Assembly (NCBI GenBank): GCA_963843975.1 | Contig: CAWJMG010000003.1 | Location: 900,001-932,000, forward strand | Length of the DNA stretch: 32,000 nucleotides | Origin: an uncultured Actinomycetes bacterium | GTDB taxonomy: Bacteria > Actinomycetota > Actinomycetes > S36-B12 > CAIYMF01 | Direction: 5' to 3' | Shown here: positions 7,946 through 28,524 of the stretch, piece after piece | How the letters are laid out: the number at the start of each line of letters is the position of its first letter | Numbering within the stretch: position 1 is the stretch's first letter | Notes under the pieces: model-generated | What the model saw: the letters and a program-made list of their open reading frames with translations, nothing else | Database searches by the model: none | Told to the model about the DNA's origin: nothing | Position numbers and translations under genes: made by a program

Positions 7946-9012
7946 CCCTCCACCCCCGCCTCGATCTCGCCGTCGGCGGACGACTCGTCGTCGTGGTCGA
8001 CCACCGTGCCGCCAGGGAGAGGCTTGGGGTCGGGAGCGCGGTGGGCGTAGCCGACGGCGTCGCTCAGGCTGTCGAAGCCACGCTCGGCCAGGGCGACGGC
8101 GAGCTCGCGGTGGACGCGGAGCGGCGCGGTGGGGTCGTGGAAGGTCACGGTGCCCACCGACACGGCCGACGCGCCCGCGAGGATGAACTCGAGGGCGTCG
8201 AGGCCCGTGCGGATGCCGCCCATGCCGAGGATCGGGATGTCCGGCAGCGCGGCCCGCACCTGATAGACGCAGCGCACGGCGACCGGGCGGATGGCCGGGC
8301 CCGAGAGCCCGCCGGTGACGCCGGCGAGCGCGGGCCGCATCGTGTCGGTGTCGATCACCATGCCGAGCAGCGTGTTGATCATCGACAGGCCGTCGGCGCC
8401 GGCCTTCACCACGGCCTGGGCGATCTCCACGATGTCGGTGACGTCCGGAGAGAGCTTGGCCAGCACGGGGATGCCGGGGTTGGTGTTGCGGCGCACGGCG
8501 GTGATGACCTCGGCGGCCGACACCGGGTGGCACGCGAACACCTGGCCGCGGCTCTCGACGTTCGGGCACGAGATGTTGACCTCGATGGCCGCGACGTCGG
8601 TGACATGGCGCAGCTTCGACGCGATGCGGGTGTACTCGTCGACCGAGCCGCCGGCGATCGAGACGATCGCGCGGGCACCCCGCTCGCGCAGCCACGCGAG
8701 GTCCTTGTCGAGGAACGCGTCGAGACCAGGGCCCTGCAGGCCGATCGAGTTGAGCATGCCGCTCGGCGTCTCGGCCATGCGCGGGGTCGGACGACCCGAG
8801 CGCGGGTTGAGCATGATGCTCTTGGTGACGATCGCACCGATCTCGGTGATGTCGAAGAACTGGTCGAGCTCACGACCGGCGGCCGAGCAGCCGGACGCCG
8901 TCAGCACCGGCGAGGGCAGCGCGAGACCCGCGAGGTCGGTGCTCATGTCGACGTCGGGGACGTCGAGCACCGAGCCGGGGCGGGGGCCGTGGGTGATCAC
9001 CGCGCGCGTCAT
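7942..9012 (-). CDS. pyrD: Dihydroorotate dehydrogenase, class 1B catalytic subunit
   Basis: From ATG 9012 (MTRAVITH...) or the internal MSTDLAGLALPSPVLTASGC. Motifs: IVTKSIMLNPRSGRPTPRMAE, NSIGLQGPG, EVNISCPNV, GLSGPAIRPVA, GMGGI. Paired with pyrK upstream. ATG overlaps the pyrK TGA by 1 nt (TGATG). About 35-aa acidic C-terminal tail. Confidence 0.93.
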   Translation of the reverse strand: MTRAVITHGPRPGSVLDVPDVDMSTDLAGLALPSPVLTASGCSAAGRELDQFFDITEIGAIVTKSIMLNPRSGRPTPRMAETPSGMLNSIGLQGPGLDAFLDKDLAWLRERGARAIVSIAGGSVDEYTRIASKLRHVTDVAAIEVNISCPNVESRGQVFACHPVSAAEVITAVRRNTNPGIPVLAKLSPDVTDIVEIAQAVVKAGADGLSMINTLLGMVIDTDTMRPALAGVTGGLSGPAIRPVAVRCVYQVRAALPDIPILGMGGIRTGLDALEFILAGASAVSVGTVTFHDPTAPLRVHRELAVALAERGFDSLSDAVGYAHRAPDPKPLPGGTVVDHDDESSADGEIEAGVEG

Positions 9013-9886
9013 CAGTGGCCTCCGACCTGGGGTGCGCCCAGCGTGTCCGCAGGGATGGTGCCGACCTCGTCCCAGCGCACGCGGTCGCCGCGGAAGACCG
9101 GGCCCTCGACGCAGGAGCGGAGCATGCGGGTGACGCCGTCGTCGCCGATCACCGGCAGCACGCACGTCATGCAGATGCCGATGCCGCAGGCCATGGCCTC
9201 CTCGACCGCGCACTGCGAGTGCGCGCCCTGGGCCGCTGCCACCTCGGCGACCGACTGCAGCATCGCCATGGGTCCGCAGGCGTAGACGACGTCGGCGTCC
9301 ACCCGCTCCATGACCGCGGGGAGGACGTCGGTGACTCGACCCTTCTCCCCCAGCGAGCCGTCGTCGGTGGTGATGGTGAGCGTCGCCGCGATGCGCTTGG
9401 CGTCGAGGACGCCGAAGAGCTTGCTCTCGGTCGAGGCGCCGAGCACGACGTCGACCCGGCAGCCGCGGGCGCGCAGAGCGTCGGCGAGCATGAACATCGG
9501 CGCCGAGCCGTAGCCGCCGGCGACGAGCACGCACGACACCGGCTGCTTGGGCAGCGCGAAGGGACGGCCGAGCGGGCCGACGACGTCGACCTGGTCGCCG
9601 CGGTGCAGCTTGGACAGCCACTCGGTGCCCTTGCCGTGCGTCGCGAACACGACCTCGACGGTGCCGCCGTAGACGCCCCGGCTCTGCACCGAGTGGATCG
9701 AGAACGCACGCCGCAGCAGCATCGACGAGCTGGGCCCGCCGACCGCCAGTGCGACGAAGTGACCGGGTCGGGTGGCCTCGGGGATGCCGGGCGCGGTGAG
9801 GGTCAGCACCTGGTACTCGCCCACGCGGCGGAGCCCCAGCACCTCCCCGACCACCTGGACCGGGCCGGTCTTCGCCTGTGCCGTCG

Positions 9887-9890
<4 letters not shown>
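9012..9890 (-). CDS. pyrK: Dihydroorotate dehydrogenase electron-transfer subunit (FAD/[2Fe-2S])
   Basis: 292-aa ORF with a ferredoxin-reductase-like fold ([18 protein letters not shown]) and a C-terminal Cys cluster ([18 protein letters not shown] ... SCVEGPVF) typical of PyrK. ATG overlaps the carB stop (ATGA 9887-9890). Confidence 0.9.
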
Positions 9891-17304
<7,414 letters not shown>

Positions 17305-17538
17305 CTACCCGACCGGCGGCACCGCGTCGGAGGGCGCACCGAGGAGTGAGACAGCCCACCCCCGTCGCCGATCCGAGGGGCGGAATCGGCCCCGACGGCG
17401 ACAGCGCGTGACCGGTGGGGCGCGGTGTAACGGATGGGGCTCGACACGCTCGGTGTGCGGCCGGGAGGCTGTCCGCTGCCCGGACGGACACGGTCAGGCT
17501 CGCCCGAACGGCCGATGGAACGGCCGAGCGCGGGAGGC

Positions 17539-17553
17539 GTTACGCTGCGTAAC
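17539..17553. promoter_or_regulatory. Candidate BldD operator (BldD box) in the bldD promoter region, overlapping a TAACAT -10-like hexamer
   Basis: GTTACGC-T-GCGTAAC is a perfect 7+1+7 palindrome. The inner TTAC-GCTGC-GTAA fits the published BldD box TNAC(N)5GTNA. It lies 68 nt upstream of the bldD ATG. TAACAT (17550-17555) fits TANNNT. Confidence 0.5.
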
Positions 17554-17621
17554 ATCACCTCGGGGGCGGGGAAGCTCGACGCCCGGACCATCACGGGGAT
17601 CGACGGAGGGACACGTCACTC

Positions 17622-18111
17622 ATGGCTACCGACTACGCGAAGGCGCTCGGGGCGCGGCTGCGCGCGATCCGGCAGCAGCAGGGCCTCTCGCTGCACGGCG
17701 TGGAGGAGAAGTCGCAGGGCCGCTGGAAGGCGGTCGTGGTCGGCTCCTACGAGCGCGGCGACCGCGCCGTCACCGTGCAGAAGCTGGCCGAGCTCGCCGA
17801 CTTCTACGCCGTTCCGGTGTCCGAGCTGCTGCCCGACTCGTCGCCGGCCGTGTCGGCCGAGCCGCCGCCAGCGGCTCATCATCGACCTCGAGCGCCTCGG
17901 CCAGGTGCCGGCGGAGAAGGCCGGCCCGCTGGCCCGCTACGCCGCCGCCATCCAGGCCCAGCGCGGCGACTACAACGGCCGGGTGCTCTCGATCCGCCAG
18001 GACGACCTGCGCACCCTCGCCGTCATCTACGACGAGGCCCCGAGCCAGCTCGCCGAGCAGCTCATCGGCTGGGGCGTGCTCAACCCCGAGGCCCGCGGCG
18101 CGATCGACTGA
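17622..18111 (+). pseudogene. bldD: Developmental/c-di-GMP-responsive transcriptional regulator BldD, reading frame broken once in this sequence
   Basis: The N-terminal XRE-type HTH domain is MATDYAKALGARLRAIRQQQGLSLHGVEEKSQGRWKAVVVGSYERGDRAVTVQKLAELADFYAVPVSELLP...AEPPP. After an apparent +1 insertion at ~17868-17872 (cca G cgg ctc), it continues in the next frame as RLIIDLERLGQVPAEKAGPLARYAAAIQAQRGDYNGRVLSIRQDDLRTLAVIYDEAPSQLAEQLIGWGVL. This is near-collinear with Streptomyces BldD as I recall it. GGAGGG SD about 11 nt upstream. It is divergent from pyrR, as in Streptomyces. Confidence 0.88.
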
Positions 18112-18125
18112 CGCCGCTCCCCCGC

Positions 18126-18178
18126 CGTACGACGAAGGCCCCCGTGCAGCTCGCGCTGCCGGGGGCCTTCGTCGTACG
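18126..18178. terminator. Long hairpin (24 bp with one bulge, 4-nt loop) between convergent bldD (+) and pyk (-); putative bidirectional terminator
   Basis: cgtacgacgaaggcccccgTgcagc tcgc gctgccgggggccttcgtcgtacg. Pairing was checked base by base, and only t18145 is unpaired. It lies 15 nt after the bldD TGA and 2 nt after the pyk TAG. Confidence 0.6.
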
Positions 18179-18180
18179 TG

Positions 18181-19608
18181 CTAGATGCCGCTGGGGTTCA
18201 GGGTGCCCATGCGGTGCACGCGCATGCCGTTGGTGGTGCCGGGGACGCCCGGCGGCACGCCGGCGATGATGACCAGCAGCTCGCCCACGGTCGCGCGGCC
18301 GTTCTCCTGGAGCGCGGCGTCGACCATCGCGACCATCTCGTCGGTGCTGCCGACCTTGGGCACGAGGTAGGTCTCGACCCCCCACGACAGCGCCAGCTGG
18401 CTGCGCACCCGCGCGTTCGGGGTGAAGGCCATGAGCGGCATCGCGGGGCGGTAGCGCGACACGAGGCGGGCCGAGCGGCCGGTCTCGGTGAAGGCGATGA
18501 CGCCGGACGCGCGGACGTCCTGCGCGACCCGCACCGCGGCGCGCGTGATCGAGCGCGAGGTGGAGTCGTTGGGGTCGACGACCACCGGGAGCTGGTCGAG
18601 GGCCTGGCTCTCGACCTCCTCGATGATGCGGGCCATGGTGCGCACGACGTGCGCCGGGTGCGAGCCGACCGAGGTCTCGCCCGAGAGCATGAGGGCGTCG
18701 GTGCCGTCGAGGACGGCGTTGGCGACGTCGCTGGCCTCGGCACGCGTCGGGCGCGTCATCGACACCATCGAGTCGAGCATCTGGGTCGCCACGATGACGG
18801 GCTTGGCGCGGCGGCGGGCGAGGGTGATCGCGCGCTTCTGCACCAGCGGCACCTGCTCGAGCGGGAGCTCCACGCCGAGGTCGCCGCGGGCGACCATGAT
18901 GCCGTCGAACGCGTCGATGATCGACTCGAGGTTCTCGACCGCCTGCGGCTTCTCGATCTTCGCGATGACGGGCAGGCGCACGCCCTCGTCGTCCATGATC
19001 TTCTGCACGTCGAGCAGGTCGTCGGCGCTGCGGACGAACGACAGCGCGATGATGTCGACGCCGAGGCGCAGGGCCCAGCGGAGGTCGGCGACGTCCTTGT
19101 CGGACATCGCGGGGACGCTGACGGCTACGCCGGGCAGGTTGATGCCCTTGTTGTCGCTGACGCGGCCACCCTCGACGACCTCGGTGACGACAGAACGCTC
19201 GTCGACCTCGACGGCGCGCAGCGCCACCTTGCCGTCGTCGATCAGGATCATGTCGCCGGGGTGGACGTCGCCGGGCAGACCCTTGTAGGTCGTACCGCAG
19301 ATGTTCACGTCGCCGGGGACGTCGTCGATCGTGATGGTGAAGCGGGCGCCGACGTCGAGCACCACCGGCCCGTTGGCGAAGGTCGCCAGCCGGATCTTGG
19401 GGCCCTGGAGGTCGACGAGGATGCCGATCCCCCGCCCGGCGGTGTCTCCGGCCGCACGGACCCACCCGTAGACCCGCTCGTGATCGGCGTAGGAGCCGTG
19501 CGAGAGGTTCATGCGGGCGACGTCCATGCCGGCGTCGACGAGGGACTGGATGCCCTCCTGGCTCGCTACAGCGGGCCCGAGGGTGCAGACGATCTTGGCG
19601 CGGCGCAC
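18181..19608 (-). CDS. pyk: Pyruvate kinase
   Basis: 475 aa from GTG 19608: VRRAKIVCTLGPA...MDVARMNLSHG...LVDLQGPKIRL...IAKIEKPQAV...MVARGDLGVE...ATQMLDSM...PTRAEASDVANAV. The upstream 85 codons of the track ORF are Arg/Pro-rich non-coding read-through. Confidence 0.96.
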   Translation of the reverse strand: MRRAKIVCTLGPAVASQEGIQSLVDAGMDVARMNLSHGSYADHERVYGWVRAAGDTAGRGIGILVDLQGPKIRLATFANGPVVLDVGARFTITIDDVPGDVNICGTTYKGLPGDVHPGDMILIDDGKVALRAVEVDERSVVTEVVEGGRVSDNKGINLPGVAVSVPAMSDKDVADLRWALRLGVDIIALSFVRSADDLLDVQKIMDDEGVRLPVIAKIEKPQAVENLESIIDAFDGIMVARGDLGVELPLEQVPLVQKRAITLARRRAKPVIVATQMLDSMVSMTRPTRAEASDVANAVLDGTDALMLSGETSVGSHPAHVVRTMARIIEEVESQALDQLPVVVDPNDSTSRSITRAAVRVAQDVRASGVIAFTETGRSARLVSRYRPAMPLMAFTPNARVRSQLALSWGVETYLVPKVGSTDEMVAMVDAALQENGRATVGELLVIIAGVPPGVPGTTNGMRVHRMGTLNPSGI

Positions 19609-19645
19609 GGAGGTAACCCTATCCCTGCCGGAGGTTGGTTGAAAA
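19606..19645 (-). promoter_or_regulatory. Candidate sigma-70-type promoter giving a leaderless pyk mRNA
   Basis: Minus strand is TTTTCA (19645..19640), 18 nt, TAGGGT (19621..19616), tacctcc, then GTG (19608). The -10 fits actinobacterial TANNNT, and the GTG lies 7 nt downstream where transcription would start. There is no SD: the spacer is CCTCC, the anti-SD sense. The patch is locally AT-richer. Confidence 0.3.
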
Positions 19646-19670
19646 CGGTTGCACTGGGGTGCGCCGCGGG

Positions 19671-19696
19671 GGCCCGCGCCAGGCGCTGCGCGGGCC
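19671..19696 (-). terminator. GC hairpin downstream of gltD
   Basis: ggcccgcgc (19671-19679) / gcgcgggcc (19688-19696) form 9-bp arms with an 8-nt loop, about 10 nt after the gltD stop (19706-19708). No U-tract. Confidence 0.35.
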
Positions 19697-19705
19697 TCCC
19701 CCGGG

Positions 19706-21152
19706 TCAGACGACGAGCGGCCGAGCGGTCGGCGGGATCGGCGCCGGGAGCGTGGTCGAGCCCGACAGCCAGGTGTCGACCCCCGCGGCGGCCGAGCGGC
19801 CCTCCGCGATGGCCCACACGATGAGCGACTGCCCGCGGCCGGCGTCGCCGGCCACGAAGACACCCGGGACGGAGCTCATGTACGCGCGGTCGCGCCGGAT
19901 GTTGCCGCGCTCGTCGAGCTCGACGCCGAGCTGGTCGAGCAGCGGGCCGCGCTCCGGGCCGGTGAAGCCCATCGCGAGGAACACGTAGTCGGCGGGCAGC
20001 TCGCGCTCGGTGCCGGGCACCGGCTCGAAGCGGCCGTCCGTGAACTCGACCTCGACGATCTCGAGCGCGCGCACGCGGCCGTTGCCGTCGTCGACGAAGC
20101 GCTGGGTGTTGACGGAGTAGACGCGCTCTCCGCCCTCCTCGTGCGCGCTCGTGACCTTGTAGGTCATCGGGTACGTCGGCCAGGGCTGGCCCTGGGGCCG
20201 CGCATCGGTCGGCATCGGCATGATCTCGAGCTGGGTGACCGAGGCCGCGCCCTGGCGGTGCGAGGTGCCGAGGCAGTCGGCGCCGGTGTCGCCGCCGCCG
20301 ATGATCACGACGTGCTTGCCCGCGACGTCGATCGGGGCGACGTCGAGGTCGCCCTCCTGCACGCGGTTGGCGCCGGGCAGGAACTCCATCGCCTGGTGCA
20401 CGCCCGCGAGCTCGCGGCCGGGCACCGGGAGGTCGCGCCACTGCGTGGCGCCGACCGACAGCACGATCGCGTCGTACCGCTTGCGGAGGTCGGTGCCGGT
20501 GACGTCGGTGCCGACGTCGACGCCGGCACGGAACTTCACGCCCTCGGCCTGCATCTGCTCGAGGCGGCGGTCGAGGTGGCGCTTCTCCATCTTGAACTCG
20601 GGGATGCCGTAGCGCAGCAGGCCGCCGACGCGGTCGGCGCGCTCGAACACCGCGACCGTGTGGCCGGCGCGCGCGAGCTGCTGCGCGGCCGCAAGACCGG
20701 CGGGACCGGAGCCGATGACGGCGATGGTCTTGCCCGACTGTCGAGGCGCGGGCTGCGGGATGATCCAGCCCTCCTCCCAGCCGGCGTCGACGATCTCGAC
20801 CTCGATCTGCTTGATGGACACCGCGTCCTGGTTGATGCCGAGGACGCAGGCGGTCTCGCACGGGGCCGGGCAGAGGCGACCGGTGAACTCCGGGAAGTTG
20901 TTGGTCGCGTGCAGACGCTCAGAGGCGAGACGCCAGTCCTGACGCCACACCAGGTCGTTCCACTCGGGGATGAGGTTCCCGAGCGGGCAGCCGTTGTGGC
21001 AGAACGGGATGCCGCAGTCCATGCAGCGCCCGGCCTGCTTCTCGAGCGCGGCGGTCGGGAAGTCCTCGTAGACCTCGTGCCAGTCGCGGATCCGGACGTC
21101 GACCGGACGGCGCGTGGGGCCCTCGCGGCCCGTCGTCAGGAATCCCTTCGGG

Positions 21153-21160
<8 letters not shown>
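19706..21160 (-). CDS. gltD: Glutamate synthase (NADPH) small subunit
   Basis: 484-aa ORF with Fe-S Cys motifs ([27 protein letters not shown]), a Rossmann GxGxxG ([12 protein letters not shown]) and [14 protein letters not shown] overlaps the gltB 3' end by 8 nt. Confidence 0.96.
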
Positions 21161-25689
<4,529 letters not shown>

Positions 25690-25894
25690 GGTCACTCCCG
25701 GTGGCTCGCCTGGACCGGGTCTCGCTGGGGGCGGGATCCGGAGGGGTCGAGCAGGGGGACGACGTTGGCCGCGCTGCTGTGCGAGGACTGTAACGCGCTC
25801 GGTGTACTGAGGTGCAACAGGGGCGCGTGTGTCCCATCCCACGAGACCTGACGTCTCACATGCTGGAATCCGGCGCGCGGATGAACGCCTGGGG

Positions 25895-26605
25895 TCAGCT
25901 GATGCTGGTGCCGACCAGGGAGCCGACGCCGAAGGTGACGGCGGCAGCAGCGGCACCGACCAGGAGCTGGCGCAGGCCGGAGAACCACCAGGAACGGGCG
26001 GTGACCCGCGAGACGATCGCGCCGGCCGCGAACAGGCCGAGGAGCGACAGGATCAGCGACCAGGTGAGCGTGGTGGCGCCGAAGGCGTAGGGCAGCACCG
26101 GGATGGCCGCGCCGACCACGAAGGACAGGAACGACGATCCCGCCGCCAGCCAGGGGTTGGGCAGCTCGCCGGGAGCCATGCCCAGCTCCTCGCGGGCGTG
26201 CACCTCGAGCGCGGCGTCGGGGTTCTTGGCCAGCTGGCTCGCCATCTCGACGGCCAGCTCGCGGTCGATGCCGCGCGACACCCAGATCTCGGCGAGCTCC
26301 TTGGCCTCGGCGTCGGGGTTGCGGGAGAGCTCGCGACGCTCGTTCTCGAACTCCTGCTCGGCGAGCTCGGACTGCGACGCCACCGAGGTGTACTCCCCCG
26401 CCGCCATCGAGAAGGCGCCGGCGGCCAGTCCCGCGAGCCCGGCCAGCACGACCGCGCTGCGGTTGCCGTCGGCGAGGCCCGCCGTACCACCGGCGACACC
26501 GGCCATGAGGGCGAAGTTGGAGACGAGCCCGTCCATGGCTCCGAAGACGGCCGGTCGCAGCCAGCCGCCCGTGACGTCGCGGTGGTGCTCGAGGGGGATG
26601 CTCAC
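25895..26605 (-). CDS. VIT1/CCC1-family (DUF125) membrane protein, putative Fe/Mn transporter
   Basis: 236-aa ORF. The N-terminal [25 protein letters not shown], central helical [10 protein letters not shown]...E-rich segment and C-terminal TM helices are typical of the VIT family. GTG overlaps the lgt stop (GTGA 26602-26605). Confidence 0.8.
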   Translation of the reverse strand: MSIPLEHHRDVTGGWLRPAVFGAMDGLVSNFALMAGVAGGTAGLADGNRSAVVLAGLAGLAAGAFSMAAGEYTSVASQSELAEQEFENERRELSRNPDAEAKELAEIWVSRGIDRELAVEMASQLAKNPDAALEVHAREELGMAPGELPNPWLAAGSSFLSFVVGAAIPVLPYAFGATTLTWSLILSLLGLFAAGAIVSRVTARSWWFSGLRQLLVGAAAAAVTFGVGSLVGTSIS

Positions 26606-27627
26606 AGAGTCGAACTTACCGGCGGATCGCCGGGCTCGCTGTCAGCGAGGGCACCCTCACCGGCGTCGACGGCGTCGTCCGCCGCGTCAGCCGGGTCGGC
26701 GGACGCGTCAGTCTCGGGCTCGGAGTCATGGCCGCGGAGCGTGGCCGGGTCCTCGCGCCCCGGGCGCAGGCGGGCGCTGATCACGATGTAGGCGATGCCG
26801 CCGATGATCACGAGCAGAGCGGTGAAGACGTTGAGCCGGATGCCGAAGAAGTGGTGCGCGTCGTCGATGCGCATCGACTCGATGATGGCGCGACCCACCG
26901 AGTAGAGGGTGATGTAGAGGGCGAAGACGCGGCCGTGGCCCATCTGCCAGCGTCGATCGGCCCAGACGATCACGACGGCGACCAGAACGCACCAGATCGA
27001 CTCGTAGAGGAACGTCGGGTGGAAGGTGGAGTACTGCTCGTAGCCGGCAGGGCGGTTGGCCGGGTCGATCACGAGGCCCCACGGCAGGTCGGTAGGTGCG
27101 CCGAAGAGCTCCTGGTTGAACCAGTTGCCCCAGCGGCCGATCGCCTGCGCCAGGACGACGCCGGGTGCGATCGCATCCGCGAACGGCGGCAGCGGGATGC
27201 CCTTGCGGCGTACGCCGATCCAGGCGCCGACGCCGCCGAGGATGACCGCGCCCCAGATGCCGAGGCCGCCGTCCCAGATCCGGAACGCCGCGAGCAGGCC
27301 CTTGCCGTTCTCGCCGAAGTAGATCTGGTTGTCGGTGATGACGTGGTACAGCCGGCCGCCGACGATGCCGAAGGGCACCGCCCACACAGCGACGTCGGAG
27401 ACCGTGCCCGGGAGGCCGCCGCGCTCGACCCATCGCTTCCCGCCGTACCAGATCGCCACGACGATCCCGAGCAGGATGCAGAGCGCATAGGCGCGGATGG
27501 GCAGCGGCCCGAGGTTCCAGACGCCCTGGGGCGGGCTCGGGATGGAGGCCAGCACGTCGACGCCCGACGTCCCCGGCACCGCGAGGGTGCCGGGGACGTG
27601 GACGTGCATCACTGCCGGATGGGTCAC
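26602..27627 (-). CDS. lgt: Prolipoprotein diacylglyceryl transferase
   Basis: Motifs IPSPPQGVWNLGPLPIRAYALCILLG, GGRLYHV, FRIWDGGLGIWGAV, GRWGNWFNQELFG, HPTFLYES. The start is either GTG 27627 (GTGA overlap with the dsbA-like stop) or ATG 27609. About 55-aa acidic Asp/Ala/Pro-rich C-terminal tail. The track start at 27783 lies inside the upstream gene. Confidence 0.93.
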   Translation of the reverse strand: MTHPAVMHVHVPGTLAVPGTSGVDVLASIPSPPQGVWNLGPLPIRAYALCILLGIVVAIWYGGKRWVERGGLPGTVSDVAVWAVPFGIVGGRLYHVITDNQIYFGENGKGLLAAFRIWDGGLGIWGAVILGGVGAWIGVRRKGIPLPPFADAIAPGVVLAQAIGRWGNWFNQELFGAPTDLPWGLVIDPANRPAGYEQYSTFHPTFLYESIWCVLVAVVIVWADRRWQMGHGRVFALYITLYSVGRAIIESMRIDDAHHFFGIRLNVFTALLVIIGGIAYIVISARLRPGREDPATLRGHDSEPETDASADPADAADDAVDAGEGALADSEPGDPPVSSTL

Positions 27628-28427
27628 GAGTTCTTCGCGATGTAGCCGGCCAGGTCGGCGTACGCACTGGTCGGGACCTCGGTGCCGTTCAGGAACAGCG
27701 CCGGGGTGCCGGGGACGTTGGCGTTCTTGAACGTCAGGTAGCTGTTGTTGGCCCAGTTCTTGTACTTCACGTCGCCGACGCACGACTCGAACGTCGTGAG
27801 CTTGTCGCCCGTGATGCCGGCGTCCTTGCCGAACTGGATGAGCTGCTCGTCCGTCCAGCCGTCACCCTCGTTCGCGGGCTGGTTGGCGAAGAGCGTGTCG
27901 TGGAACTTCTGGCCCTCAGCCTTGCCGGCATCCACCGCGCAGCCGTAGGCCGACGCAGCGCGCGTCGACGACAGCGGGTTGGGGCTCTTGGGGAAGTTGT
28001 TCTGGATGAACGTGGTGGGGCGGTAGATGACGTTGGCGCTGCCATCGGCCGCGATCTTCTCGACCGAGGCGCCGTACTGCTGCTCGAAGGACGCGCACGC
28101 CGGGCACTGGAAGTCCTCCCAGATCGCCAGCGTCGGCTTCCCGGCGGCCGAGTTGATCGGCATGCTCCACGGGTTGTCGCCGTCGGCGCCGTTCGCGCCA
28201 GTGGGCAGAGCGGCGTCCGTGACGACCTCGGTGGGCAGGCCCGAGCTGGCGGTGTCAGAGCTCTGGCGCGAGCCCCACACGCCCACGCCGATGATGCCGA
28301 GCACCAGCACGGCGATCACGCTGCCGCCGATGATCTGGATCCGACGGTCGCGCTTGCGCTGCTCGGCCTCGGCGGCGGCACGCGCGGCGGCAGCCTTCTC
28401 CTTGGTCGACTTCTTGCTCTCCACCAT
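27624..28427 (-). CDS. DsbA-family thiol:disulfide oxidoreductase, membrane-anchored (thioredoxin fold, CPAC active site)
   Basis: ATG 28427 (GAGGAGAG SD 8 nt upstream), then MVESKKSTKEK..., a TM helix IIGGSVIAVLVLGIIGVGVW and a periplasmic domain with WEDFQCPACASFE and C-terminal GTPALFLNG (cis-Pro loop). The GTG at 28457 in the track lacks an SD. Confidence 0.8.
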   Translation of the reverse strand: MVESKKSTKEKAAAARAAAEAEQRKRDRRIQIIGGSVIAVLVLGIIGVGVWGSRQSSDTASSGLPTEVVTDAALPTGANGADGDNPWSMPINSAAGKPTLAIWEDFQCPACASFEQQYGASVEKIAADGSANVIYRPTTFIQNNFPKSPNPLSSTRAASAYGCAVDAGKAEGQKFHDTLFANQPANEGDGWTDEQLIQFGKDAGITGDKLTTFESCVGDVKYKNWANNSYLTFKNANVPGTPALFLNGTEVPTSAYADLAGYIAKNS

Positions 28428-28524
28428 CGTCGTGCTCTCCTCGGGCGGCGCGTACACCGTGTCGTCGGGGGTCTATCTCGGGTGCGGAACGGTCGAGCGG
28501 GTCGATCAGGTGCGGTCAGTACGG

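Noticed and set aside
25690-25894. GlnR-type box / promoter upstream of gltB
   Set aside because: GTTAC-agtcct-CGCAC (~25778-25793) only half-matches the gTnAc-n6-GaAAc GlnR consensus. TTGCAC-19 nt-TACAGT (25817..25787, minus) has over-long spacing. The GAGAC-n5-GTCTC inverted repeat (~25844-25858) is short. All are too weak to call without TSS or binding data.
25690-25956. N-terminal extensions of gltB (to 25956), pyk (to 19863), pyrF (to 8695), pyrD (to 9621), mihF (to 5881) and lgt (to 27783) offered by the ORF track
   Set aside because: The extensions are Arg/Pro-rich, overlap upstream genes or intergenic hairpins, and precede conserved N-termini that have their own start codons and SD or coupling signals.
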